Notes under the pieces: model-generated
The model's input: the letters and a program-made list of their open reading frames with translations, nothing else
Told to the model about the DNA's origin: nothing
The model's database searches: none
Made by a program: the position numbers and the translations under genes
Shown here: positions 40,741 through 51,000 of the stretch, in pieces
How positions within the stretch are numbered: the first letter of the stretch is position 1
How the letters are laid out: the number at the start of each line of letters is the position of its first letter
DNA from: an uncultured candidatus Porisulfidus sp.
GTDB lineage: Bacteria; Pseudomonadota; Gammaproteobacteria; Poriferisulfidales; Poriferisulfidaceae
Length of the DNA: 64,000 bases
NCBI GenBank assembly: GCA_965242985.1
Contig: OZ251520.1
Span: forward strand, 696,163-760,162
Direction of reading: 5' to 3'

Positions 40741-40787
40741 ATTGTACCGTCCGCCCGCGGCGGCGCCCGGCGGCGAGGGCGTACAAT
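40741..40787. promoter_or_regulatory. Divergent -10 elements for metG and apbC
   Basis: ATTGTA at 40741 (TACAAT on minus strand) and TACAAT at 40782 in an otherwise GC-rich spacer. Confidence 0.45.
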
Positions 40788-40837
40788 TGGCGCACGCATC
40801 CAACCGTCCCGCCCGCCGCGGGCAGGAGCAGGCGCCC

Positions 40838-41926
40838 ATGCCGCCGAGCGAAGAACAGATCAGGGAAGCCCTCAAGGAGGTGCAGGATCCGGCCACCGGC
40901 GTCGACCTGGCGGCCGCGGGCGCGGTGCGCGAGGCCGCGGCCGACGGCGACGCGGCGCGGGTGGCGGTGCGCCTGGGCTATCCGGCGAAGAGCCTGCGCG
41001 CGCAGCTGGCGGCCGAGGTCGAGGCCTGCCTGCTGCGGCTCGACGGCGTCCGGCGCGCCGAGGTCGATGTCGGCTGGGAGATCGAGGCCCGCTCGGTGCA
41101 GAAGAACCTCAAGCCGATGCAGAACATCAAGAACGTGCTGGCGGTGGCCTCCGGCAAGGGCGGCGTGGGCAAGTCCACCACCGCGGTCAACCTGGCGCTG
41201 GCGCTGTCGGCGGAGGGCGCCGTCGTCGGCGTGCTGGACGCCGACATCTACGGCCCCAGCCAGCCGCGCATGCTGGGCGTCTCCGGGCAGCCCGATTCGC
41301 AGGACGGCAAGAGCCTGGAGCCGATGATGAACCACGGCCTGCAGGCGATGTCGATCGGCTTCCTGATCGACGAGGAGACGCCGATGATCTGGCGCGGCCC
41401 GATGGTGACCCAGGCGCTCGAGCAGTTGCTCAACGACACCCGCTGGCGCAACCTGGACTACCTGGTGGTGGATCTGCCGCCCGGCACCGGCGACGTGCAG
41501 CTGACCCTGGCGCAGAAGATCCCGGTCAGCGGCGCGCTGATCGTCACCACGCCGCAGGACATCGCGTTGCTGGACGCGCGCAAGGGCCTGAAGATGTTCC
41601 GCAAGGTCGAGGTGCCGGTGCTCGGCGTGGTCGAGAACATGAGCCTGCACATCTGCGGCCAGTGCGGCCACGAGGAGCCGATCTTCGGCTCCGGCGGCGG
41701 CGAGCGCCTGGCGCGGGAGAGCGAGGTGGAGCTGCTCGGCCAGCTGCCGCTCGACCGGCGCATCCGCGAGGAGACCGACGGCGGCGCGCCGACCGTGGCG
41801 GCGGACCCGGACGGGCGCATCGCCGAGCTGTACCGCGGCATCGCCCGGCGCGCCGCGGCCAAGCTGGCGCAGCAGGCGCGCGACTACAGCGCCAAGTTCC
41901 CGCGCATCGTCATCCAGAACGACTGA
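40838..41926 (+). CDS. apbC: Fe-S cluster carrier ApbC/Mrp
   Basis: [31 protein letters not shown], CxxC. Confidence 0.96.
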   Translation: MPPSEEQIREALKEVQDPATGVDLAAAGAVREAAADGDAARVAVRLGYPAKSLRAQLAAEVEACLLRLDGVRRAEVDVGWEIEARSVQKNLKPMQNIKNVLAVASGKGGVGKSTTAVNLALALSAEGAVVGVLDADIYGPSQPRMLGVSGQPDSQDGKSLEPMMNHGLQAMSIGFLIDEETPMIWRGPMVTQALEQLLNDTRWRNLDYLVVDLPPGTGDVQLTLAQKIPVSGALIVTTPQDIALLDARKGLKMFRKVEVPVLGVVENMSLHICGQCGHEEPIFGSGGGERLARESEVELLGQLPLDRRIREETDGGAPTVAADPDGRIAELYRGIARRAAAKLAQQARDYSAKFPRIVIQND

Positions 41927-41927
41927 G

Positions 41928-42491
41928 GTGGGCGTCAAACCGGACCGCTGGATCCGGCGCATGGCGGCGGCCGGCATGATCGAGCCGTTCGAGCCCGGGC
42001 AGGTGCGCCGCCTGGACGGCCGCCCGGCGGTGTCCTACGGCACCTCCAGCTACGGCTACGACATCCGCTGCTCGACGCACTTCAAGATCTTCACCAACAT
42101 CAACTCGGCGGTGGTCGACCCCAAGGCCTTCGCCGCCGACGGCTTCGTCGACTACGAGGGCGACAGCTGCATCATCCCGCCCAACTCCTTCGCCCTGGCC
42201 AGCACCGTCGAGTACCTGCGCGTGCCGCGCTCGGTGCTGGCGGTGTGCCTCGGCAAGTCCACCTACGCGCGCTGCGGGATCATCGTCAACGTGACGCCGC
42301 TGGAGCCGGAGTGGGAGGGGCACGTGACGCTCGAGTTCTCCAACACCACGCCGCTGCCGGCCAAGGTGTACGCCAACGAGGGGGTCGCCCAGCTGGTGTT
42401 CTTCGAGGCCGACGGCGAGTGCGAGACCTCGTACGCGGACCGCGGCGGCAAGTACCAGCGGCAGCAAGGCGTCACCCTGCCGCGCGCCTGA
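41928..42491 (+). CDS. dcd: dCTP deaminase
   Basis: [31 protein letters not shown]. Confidence 0.96.
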   Translation: MGVKPDRWIRRMAAAGMIEPFEPGQVRRLDGRPAVSYGTSSYGYDIRCSTHFKIFTNINSAVVDPKAFAADGFVDYEGDSCIIPPNSFALASTVEYLRVPRSVLAVCLGKSTYARCGIIVNVTPLEPEWEGHVTLEFSNTTPLPAKVYANEGVAQLVFFEADGECETSYADRGGKYQRQQGVTLPRA

Positions 42492-42718
42492 TGCTGCGGC
42501 GCCTGGCGGTGCTGGCGGTCGGCTCCTGCGTGACGCTGGCCGGGGTGGTGATGCTGTTCACGCCGGGGCCGGCGGTGCTGGTGATCCCGCTCGGGCTGGC
42601 GATCCTGGCGCGCGAGTTCGCGTGGGCGCAGCGCCTGCTGGAGCGCTTCCGGAGCGCCGCGGCGCGGCGCGGCCGGGAGGCCCGCGGCTGGTGGCGGCGG
42701 CGGCGCGACCCCGGCTGA
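42491..42718 (+). CDS. Small membrane protein (PGPGW-like family)
   Basis: GVVMLFTPGPA..IPLGLAILAREFAWA; TGATG coupling to dcd. Confidence 0.75.
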   Translation: MLRRLAVLAVGSCVTLAGVVMLFTPGPAVLVIPLGLAILAREFAWAQRLLERFRSAAARRGREARGWWRRRRDPG

Positions 42719-42739
42719 GGCGGCCGCCGTGCGCGCCGT

Positions 42740-44095
42740 TCAGAGCAGCAGCAGCGTGCCGAGGGCCAGGAAGACGACGAAGCCGACCACGTCGGTGATG
42801 GTGGTGAGCGCCACGCTCCCGGCCAGCGCCGGATCGATGCCGGCGCGCTTCAGCGCCGGCGGCAGCAGCACCCCGGCGAACGCCGCGAACACGAGGTTGG
42901 CGGTCAGCGCCAGCGCCAGCGTCGCGCCGATCAGCCAGTCGCCGAACCACAGCCCGGCGGCCAGCGCCACCACGCCGCTCCACAGCAGGCTGTTGAGCAG
43001 GCCGACCGCGAGCTCCTTGCCGAGCAGGGCGCGCATGTTCTGCCACCCGACCTGGCCGAGCGCCAGGCCGCGGATGACCAGCACCAGGGTCTGGCTGCCG
43101 GCGACGCCGCCCATGCTGGCGACCACCGGCATCAGCACCGCCAGCGCCACCACGCGCTCCAGGGTGTCCTCGAACAGGCCGATCGCGGCCGCGGCGAGGA
43201 ACGCGGTGACCAGGTTGACGCCGAGCCACACCGCGCGCCGGCGGGACGCCGGCAGCACCGCGTCGAACAGGTCCTCGTCCTCGCTCAGGCCCACGTAGCT
43301 GTGCAGGGCGCCGGCGCCCTCGTCGCGGATCACGTCGACCACGTCGTCGACCGTGATGCGCCCGAGCAGCAGGCTGCGCTCGTCGACCACCGCCGCCGAC
43401 ACCAGGTCGCGGTCCTCGAAGATCGCGGCCACCACGCGCGCCGGCATGTCCGCCAGGATCGGCGGCGTCACGGTCTCCATCGCCTCGCCGACCAGGGTCT
43501 CCGGGCCGCGCAGCAGCAGGGCGCTGATCGGCAGCACCCCGAGGTAGTGCTCGAAGCGGTCGACCACCATCAGCACGTCGGTGTGGTCCGGGATGTCGCC
43601 GCGCCGGCGCAGGTAGCGGAACACCACTTCCAGGGTCACGTCGGCGCGCACCGTGATCACGCTGGTGTCCATCAGGCCGCCGGCGGTGTCGCGCTCGTAG
43701 GTGAGCACCGATTCCAGCCGCTTGCGGTAATGCTGGTCCATGTCGCTCAGCACCCGCGCGCTGACCGCCTCCGGCAGGTCGACCAGCAGGTCGGCCAAGT
43801 CGTCGACCTCGAGGCCCTCGGCGGCCGCCACCAGCGCGCCTTCGTCCATCTCGCCGATCAGCGAGGCGCGCACCTCGTCGCCGACCTCCAGCAGCACCTC
43901 GCCGTCGTGTCCGCGGTCGAGCATGTCCCAGAGGACGAAGCGCTGCGCGCGCGGCAGCGATTCCAGCAGCTGCGCGGTCTCGGCCGGGTGCAGCGCGCGC
44001 ACCATGCGGCGCGCCGACTGCATGGCCCCGGATTGCAGCGCCGCGGTCAGCGCCCGCACCCGGGCGTTCGGCGTCTCAGCGGCGGGCTGGGTCAT
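42740..44095 (-). CDS. mgtE: Magnesium transporter MgtE
   Basis: TAGGLM, CBS pair, GRITVDD, MGGVAG.Q, DPALA, TTITD. Confidence 0.95.
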   Translation of the reverse strand: MTQPAAETPNARVRALTAALQSGAMQSARRMVRALHPAETAQLLESLPRAQRFVLWDMLDRGHDGEVLLEVGDEVRASLIGEMDEGALVAAAEGLEVDDLADLLVDLPEAVSARVLSDMDQHYRKRLESVLTYERDTAGGLMDTSVITVRADVTLEVVFRYLRRRGDIPDHTDVLMVVDRFEHYLGVLPISALLLRGPETLVGEAMETVTPPILADMPARVVAAIFEDRDLVSAAVVDERSLLLGRITVDDVVDVIRDEGAGALHSYVGLSEDEDLFDAVLPASRRRAVWLGVNLVTAFLAAAAIGLFEDTLERVVALAVLMPVVASMGGVAGSQTLVLVIRGLALGQVGWQNMRALLGKELAVGLLNSLLWSGVVALAAGLWFGDWLIGATLALALTANLVFAAFAGVLLPPALKRAGIDPALAGSVALTTITDVVGFVVFLALGTLLLL

Positions 44096-44183
44096 GGCGG
44101 CGTCCGGGGCGGCGGCGCGCCAAGTGTACAGGTTCCGGCGCGCGGAACGCGCGGCCGGGCTCCCGCCGGGCGGGCGGGGCGGT

Positions 44184-47100
44184 CTAGAAGTCCAGCTGCA
44201 GTTTCGCCGCCGCGCCGAACTCCGGCGACGCCGCCGGGTCGTGCTCCGGCTCCAGCCGCAGATAGCCGCCGATCGCCAGCGCCGCGCCCGGCGCGGCCTC
44301 GGCCTCGTACGCCAGCTGCAGCCGCAGCTCCCGCCCGCGCGGGGCGAGGCTCACCCGATGCCGCGTGTACGCGACCACGCCGTCGGCGGGCTCGCGGTCC
44401 GGCACGTCCACCTGCAGCGCCGCGCCGCGCGCCCGGAACGGCGACGAGGCGGCGAGCGTCAGCCGGTCCGAACGCCGCCACAGATCCAGCCATTCGCCGC
44501 CGAAGGCGAACGCGTCGCCGCGCAGCCCGCTCCAGCCGGCGACCAGCGTGCCGGCGCCGGCCGCGGCCGCCCGCGTCCAGCCGCGGCTCGCGCCGCCGAA
44601 CAGGGTCAGGCGGCCGAAGCGCCGCTCGGCGCTCAGCTCGAGGAAGTCGGTGGCCGCGTCGGCGAAGCCGCCGAAGGCGCCGCCGCCGCGCGCGCCCAGC
44701 AGGGAGCCGCGCTCGCGCAGCAGGCCGAAGCGCGCGCCCAGGGTCAGCGCGTCGCCGACGCGCCGCGCGGCGCCGAACGACGCCAGCCGGGCGCGGCCGC
44801 CGCCGAAGTAGCCCGAAGCATCCTTGCCGGCGAAGTCCAGCCGCGTGCGCGGGTCCAGGTCCCAGACCGCGCCCAGTTCCGCGCCGGAGCCGGCCAAGGC
44901 CGCGAACGGGCCGGCGGCGAAGCCGTCATGCAGCGGCGTTCGCGCCAAGCGGCGGGCGACGAAGTCGCCGGAAGCGCCGGCCGCGCCGAAGCCGCGGCCG
45001 AGCGTCAGCCACAGCCCCGGCGCCGCCCGCGCCCGCAGGCGATAAGCGCCGAGCTCGCCCTCCTCGTCGCGCAGGTCCCGGTGCGGGTCTTCTTCCGCCG
45101 AGGCGAACTCGACCGCGATGCCCTCGCCGAGCCGCGCCTCGGTCCAGGCGCCGCCGAGCGAGGCCAGGAACTCCTCCATCGCGCGCGATGCGGTGCGGCG
45201 CTCGCGGCGCTCGCGGAACGCGGGGTTCAAGTCGTGCAGGAACGGGAAGCCCTGGGTGTCGTAGACCACCGAGGCGGCCAGCGCCGTGCTCGGCCGCAGG
45301 CGGAAGCCCGGCGGCAGGTCGACGAAGCTCTGCCGCGTCGGCACCAGGCGGCCGCCGGGCAGGACGGAGCTGGTGAAGCCGACCGGGTTCATCGCCGCGC
45401 CGAGGTCGAGCATGCCGTGGCCGTAGATGTCGGACAGGCCGGTGACGGGATCGTAGTTCCCGTTGGCGGCGTCGATCTGGGACGCGGTGGTGAGCAGCCG
45501 CTCGACCACCTGCGCGCCGCTCTTGTTCGGGAAGGCGGCCCAGACCACGGCCGCCGCGCCGGCGACCATCGGCGCGGCGAAGGAAGTGCCGGCGACGGTG
45601 GCGTAGTCGCCGGGAGTGCTGAAGCCGTACCGGCCGTCGGTGGTGCGGACCTCGTTGCCGACCGCGAACATGCAGTAGCGCTTGACGGCGCCGCAGGCGT
45701 TGCTGAAGTGCGCCCGCCGCCGGCCGAGGTTGCTCGTCGCGCCGACCGCGATGGCGTTGCCGGCGATGCCTTCCTCCGCCACCAGGGAGCCCTGCAGCGT
45801 ATCCGGCGTGCTTTGGCCTCGGTTGCCGGCGGCGGTGACGATGATGCGGCCGGCGCCGGCGGCGATCTTCATGCCTTTCTTGAAGCTCTCGGCGTGTTCC
45901 GTCACCTTGAGACTCAGGTTCACGATGTGGGAGCTGCCCGCGGGCGAGTCGTCGGCGACATGGCCGCCCACCTCTTGGGGCCGTCCCGCCGCCGACGCCA
46001 GGATGGCGCCGAGTTCGGCGCGGGTCGCCAGCGTGAAGCCGACGATGTTGGCGTTGTACGCGACGCCGTGCATGCCCGCGCCGTTGCGCCGCGCCGCGGC
46101 GACGCCGGCCACGCGCGTTTCATGCGCGAAGTCCAACTGATGTCCGTTGAGGGCGATCGCGCCCTGCAGGTCCGGGTGGCCGGTGTTGGTGGCGGTGTCG
46201 ACGTCCAGCGTGTCGCCGACGACGGCGATGGTCCGGCCGCCGCCGCCCGGCTCGCCCATGGTGCGGGCGGCGTAGCCCGCGGCCGCGTTGATGTGCGCCA
46301 GATGAATGCCGCGGAAGTATTCCTCGGTCAGCCATTCGCCCGCGTCGCTCGGGTCGGACGGCTGCAGGGTCTCGGCCGGGTAGCGCGAGCCGCTGGGCGG
46401 CGAGGTCCACGCGCGGACCGTGGCGACCGCGGCGTGCGAGGGCGCGGTCGGGGTGGCGGTGCGCTCCGCCGACGGCAGTTCGGCGCCGCCGGACGGCACG
46501 GCGACCACGCGGAACGAGTACGGCCGGCCCGCGACGAGGCCGGTGATGGTGTGGCTGGTGCCGGTGACGGACGCTTCCCGGTCGTCGTCGCCGTACGCTT
46601 GTTCGCTGGCGCGCCACTGCACCTTGTAGCTGGCCGCCCCCGCCGCCGCCGTCCACGACACGTTCAGCGCCCGCGTCGCCGCGGTCGCGCCGACCCCCGT
46701 GGGCGCCCCGGCCGGCACCGCGTAGGTGGGCCGCCCCTCCACGTCGCCGGACGGCAGATTGTCGCCGGGGTCGGTCGGCACGGTGAGCACCCGGACCTGG
46801 TACCTCTTGAACGCCTCCAGGCCGGTGATGGTGTGGCTGGTGCCGGCGGTGACGTCGGCTTCGCGGCTGCTGCCGTACGCCTCGCTGCCGGACTTCCACT
46901 GCACCTTGTAGCTGGCCGCGTTCCGCGCCGCCGACCACGACACAAGCAGCCCGTTCGCCACTGCCTCCGCGGCGACTCCCGCGGGCGCCGCCGCCGCGTT
47001 CGGGGAGGTGGGCGTTCCCGCCGCGTCGGGCGACGGGAGATTCTCGCCGCCGGTCGCTTCGTTGATCACCCGGACCGTGTACGGCCGGTTCGGGGTCAGG

Positions 47101-47894
47101 CCGGAGATCGTGTGGCTGGTGCCGGTGACGAAAGCGCGCCGGCTCAGGCTGTAGCGCTCGCTGCCGGACTTCCACTGCACCCAGTAGCGCCCGGCGCCCG
47201 GCGCCGGCGACCACGACACCTGCAGGCCGTCCACCACGGCTTGCGCGCGGACTCCCGTGGGCCTCTTCGCCAGCGCCCCGCTCGCATCGGCGGACGGTTG
47301 CGGGGCGCCGCCGTCGGACGGGATGGCGAATACCCGGAACGTGAATTCCCGGTCGTCTTGCCCAACAGGGGGCTCGTAGTGATGGCCGTAGTCTATGCCG
47401 GATACGCCGTACCTCTCCTCGACAATGGCTTCGCGGCTGCCGTCGTACGGCTCGTCGCCGGACTTCCACTGCACCCGGTAGCGGCTCGCGCCCATGACTT
47501 CCGACCACGCCACGGTTAGTCCTCCCTGAGCGGACAAGACCCGCACGTCCGTCGGCGCCGCGGGCGGCGACGGTGCCGGCGGCGGCTGCATGCCGCTGCC
47601 GGGATTGTCTCCGCTTCCGTCTCCGGCATCGGGCGCCGGGGGCGGCGGTTGCGCGCCGCCGCCGGGATTGTTTCCGCTTCCGCCTCCGGCATCGGGCGCC
47701 GGGGGCGGCGGTTGCGCGCCGCCGCCGGGATTGTTTCCGCTTCCGCCTCCGGCATCAGGCACCGGCGGCGGCGGTTGCGCGCCGCCGCCGCCGCCTCCGC
47801 CGCATGCGGACAGCGCGAGCGCGAGCAGGGCGGCGCCGGCTACGGCGCTACCTTTCCGGCGCGGGGGAGGGGGGCAAGACTGGAAAGGGGGCAT
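44184..47894 (-). CDS. Lipoprotein - 4xFN3 - S8 subtilase - beta-barrel-like protein, copy 2
   Basis: Close paralogue of copy 1; IAVVG / HET / GTSFAAP; terminal Phe. Confidence 0.88.
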   Translation of the reverse strand: MPPFQSCPPPPRRKGSAVAGAALLALALSACGGGGGGGAQPPPPVPDAGGGSGNNPGGGAQPPPPAPDAGGGSGNNPGGGAQPPPPAPDAGDGSGDNPGSGMQPPPAPSPPAAPTDVRVLSAQGGLTVAWSEVMGASRYRVQWKSGDEPYDGSREAIVEERYGVSGIDYGHHYEPPVGQDDREFTFRVFAIPSDGGAPQPSADASGALAKRPTGVRAQAVVDGLQVSWSPAPGAGRYWVQWKSGSERYSLSRRAFVTGTSHTISGLTPNRPYTVRVINEATGGENLPSPDAAGTPTSPNAAAAPAGVAAEAVANGLLVSWSAARNAASYKVQWKSGSEAYGSSREADVTAGTSHTITGLEAFKRYQVRVLTVPTDPGDNLPSGDVEGRPTYAVPAGAPTGVGATAATRALNVSWTAAAGAASYKVQWRASEQAYGDDDREASVTGTSHTITGLVAGRPYSFRVVAVPSGGAELPSAERTATPTAPSHAAVATVRAWTSPPSGSRYPAETLQPSDPSDAGEWLTEEYFRGIHLAHINAAAGYAARTMGEPGGGGRTIAVVGDTLDVDTATNTGHPDLQGAIALNGHQLDFAHETRVAGVAAARRNGAGMHGVAYNANIVGFTLATRAELGAILASAAGRPQEVGGHVADDSPAGSSHIVNLSLKVTEHAESFKKGMKIAAGAGRIIVTAAGNRGQSTPDTLQGSLVAEEGIAGNAIAVGATSNLGRRRAHFSNACGAVKRYCMFAVGNEVRTTDGRYGFSTPGDYATVAGTSFAAPMVAGAAAVVWAAFPNKSGAQVVERLLTTASQIDAANGNYDPVTGLSDIYGHGMLDLGAAMNPVGFTSSVLPGGRLVPTRQSFVDLPPGFRLRPSTALAASVVYDTQGFPFLHDLNPAFRERRERRTASRAMEEFLASLGGAWTEARLGEGIAVEFASAEEDPHRDLRDEEGELGAYRLRARAAPGLWLTLGRGFGAAGASGDFVARRLARTPLHDGFAAGPFAALAGSGAELGAVWDLDPRTRLDFAGKDASGYFGGGRARLASFGAARRVGDALTLGARFGLLRERGSLLGARGGGAFGGFADAATDFLELSAERRFGRLTLFGGASRGWTRAAAAGAGTLVAGWSGLRGDAFAFGGEWLDLWRRSDRLTLAASSPFRARGAALQVDVPDREPADGVVAYTRHRVSLAPRGRELRLQLAYEAEAAPGAALAIGGYLRLEPEHDPAASPEFGAAAKLQLDF
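47599..47787 (-). repeat. 63-bp tandem repeat, about 3 units (GGGAQPPPPAPDAGGGSGNNP)
   Basis: CCGGGATTG recurs at 47599, 47662 and 47725. Confidence 0.85.
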
Positions 47895-48044
47895 CAAAGC
47901 ATCTGTTACGCAATGCTTCAGCCCTCTCTTCCGGCCGGAATATAGCACAGGGCCGGGGGAATCGCCGCCGGCCGCGGCCGCTCAGCCCTTGTCCGGCCAT
48001 GGCGGAGTATCGAAGCGTCGGGGTCGGAGGCCGGACGGGGCGGT

Positions 48045-51000
48045 CTAGAAGTCCAGCCGCAGTTTCGCCGCCGCGCCGAACTCCGGCGACGCGGCCGGAT
48101 CGTGCTCCGGCTCCAGCCGCAGGTAGCCGCCGACCGCCAGCGCCGCGCCCGGCGCGGCCTCGGCCTCGTACGCCAGCTGCAGCCGCAGTTCCCGCCCGCG
48201 CGGGGTGAGGCTCACCCGGTGCCGCGCGTACGCGACCACGCCGTCGGCGGGTTCGCGGTCCGGCACGTCCACCTGCAGCGCCGCGCCGCGCGCCCGGAAC
48301 GGCGACGAGGCGGTGAGGGTCAGCCGGTCCGAACGCCGCCACAGGTCCAGCCACTCGCCGCCGAACGCGAGCGCCTCGCCGCGCAGCCCGCTCCAGCCGG
48401 CGACCAGCGTGCTGGCGTCGGCCGCGGCCGCCCGCGTCCAGCCGCGGCTCGCGCCGCCGAACAGGGTCAGGTTTCCGAAGCGTCGTTCGGCGCTCAGCTC
48501 GAGAAAGTCGGTGGCCGCGTCGGCGAAGCCGCCGAAGGCGCCGCCGCCGCGCGCGCCGAGCAGGGAGCCGCGCTCGCGCAGCAGGCCGAAGCGCGCGCCC
48601 AGGGTCAGCGCGTCGCCGACGCGCCGCGCGGCGCCGAACGAGGCCAGCCGGGCGCGGCCGCCGCCGAAGTAGCCCGAAGCATCCTTGCCGGCGAAATCCA
48701 GCCGCGTGCGCGGGTCCAGGTCCCAGACCGCGCCCAGCTCCGCGCCGGCACCGGCCAAGGCCGCGAACGGGCCGGCCGCGAAGCCGTCATGCAGCGGCGC
48801 GCGCGCCAGGCGGCGGGCGACGAAGTCGTTGGAAACGCCGGAAGCGCCGAAGCCGCGGCCGAGCGTGAGCGACAAATTTGGTAACAGTCGCGTCCGCAGG
48901 CGATAGGCGCCGAGCTCGCTGTCTTCGTCGCGCAGGTCCCGGTGCGGATCTTTCTCCGCCGAGGCGAACTCGACCGCGGTGTCTTCGCCGAGCCGCGCCT
49001 CGGTCCAGGCGCCGCCGAGCGAGGCCAGGAACTCCTCCATCGCGCGCGCCGCGGAACGGTGCGCGCGGTGCGCGCGGAACGCCGGGTTCAGGTCATGCAG
49101 GAACGGGAAGCCCTGCGTGTCGTAGACCACTGAATCGGCCAACGCCGAACTCGGCCGCAGACGGAAGCCCGGCGGCAGGTCGACGAAGCTTTGCCGCGTC
49201 GGCGCCCGGCGGCCGTCGGGCAGGGCGGAGCTGGTGAAGCCGACCGGGTTCATCGCCGCGCCCAAGTCGAGCTTGCCGTGGCCGTAGATGTCGGACAGGC
49301 CGGTTTCGGCGTCGTAGTTGCCGTTGGCGGCATCGACCTGGGACGCGGTGGTGAGCAGGCGCTCGACCACTTGCGCGCCGTTCTTGTTCGGAAACGCGGC
49401 CAAGACCACCGCCGCCGCGCCGGCGACCATCGGCGCGGCGTAGGAAGTGCCGGCGACGGAGGCGTAGCCGTGCGTGGTGCTGAAATACCGTCCGGTGGTG
49501 GTGTAGGTGAACTCGCCGGGCGCGAACAGGCAGTACGCCTTGACGGCGCCGCAGGCGCTGCTGCCGTTGCCGGGGCCGCCGTAGGACCGCGCCGTGCCGG
49601 CTGCGTTCAGTTCGCCGACCGCGATGGCGTGCCCGGCGATGCCCTCGTCCGCCACCGCCAGGGCCGGGTAGAGGTCCGGCTGGGAGTTGTAGGTGTTCCC
49701 GGCGGAGGCGACCATGATGCGCCCCGCGGCGGCGGCGATCTTCATGCCCGTGATGGTGCCGGCGGTGTTCCTGCGCGCGCCGAAACTCATGTTCGCCACG
49801 TGGGCGCTGCCGCGGGCAGAGTCGTCGGCGGTGTGGCCGCCGACTTCTTGGGGGCGCCCCGCGACGGACGCCAAGATGGCGCCGAGATCTGCGCGGTGGT
49901 CCTGTTGCACCGAGAAGCCGACGAGGTTGGCGTTGAATGCGACGCCGTGCATGCCCACGCCGTTGCGCCGCGCCGCGGCGACGCCGGCGACGCGCGTTTC
50001 GTGCGCGCCTGTGATGCCCCGCCCGTTGACGATGATCGAGCCCTGCAGATCCGGGTGGCCGGTGTTTTCGTTGGTGTCGGCGTCCAGCGTCTGTCCGATC
50101 ACGGCGATGGTCTTGCCGCCGCCGCCCGGCTCGCCCATGGTGCGGGCGGCGTAGCCCGCGGCCGCGTTGATCGTGTCCAGCGCCACCGCGCAGGTGGAGC
50201 AGGTCGACGGTTTGATGGCGTTGTATTCGGCGGTCCGCCATGAAGCCGCGCTGCTCGGGTTGGACGGCTGCAGGGTCTCGGCCGGGTAGCGCGATCCGTC
50301 CGGTCGCGTCGTCCACGCGCGGACGGCGGTGGACGCACGGTGGGTGGGCGGCGTCGGCGAGGCGGTTTGCTCCGACGACGGCGCTTCGGCGCCGCCGCCG
50401 GCCGGGACGGCGAGCACCCGCACCGTGTACTGGCGGCCCGCGACGAGGCCGGAGATCGTGTGCATGGTGCCGGCGGCGACGGCGGCTTCCCGATCGGCGC
50501 CGTACGCCTGGGTGCCGGACTTCCACTGCACCTTGTAGTTGGCGGCGCCCGCGGCCGCCGACCACGAAACGGTCAGTCCCTGCACGGCGGGCGCCGCGGT
50601 TACGCCCGCGGGCGCTGCCGGCGCGGTCGGAGAGGGCTGCTGCGGCTGCGGCTCCGGTTCCGGCTGCGGTTGCGGTTCCGGCTGGGGCTGCGGTTGCGGC
50701 TGGGGCTGCGGCTGCGGTTGTGGTCCCGGTTGCGGTTCTGGTTCCGGCTGCGGTTGTGTTCCCGGTTCCGGTTGCGGCGAGGGCGGGCCCGAGGCGACAG
50801 GGGCGCTGGGTATGTTGATCCCTTCCTCTGACGGCGGGCCGGAGTCGCCGGCGGCGGAGACGGCGAACACCCGCACCGTGTATCTCTGTTCCGCGGTCAA
50901 GCCGGGGATCGTGTGCCTCGTGCTGGAGACGACGGCTTCCCGGTCGGCGCTGTACGTCTGGTCGCCGGACTTCCACTGCACCCGGTAGCGGACCGCGCCT

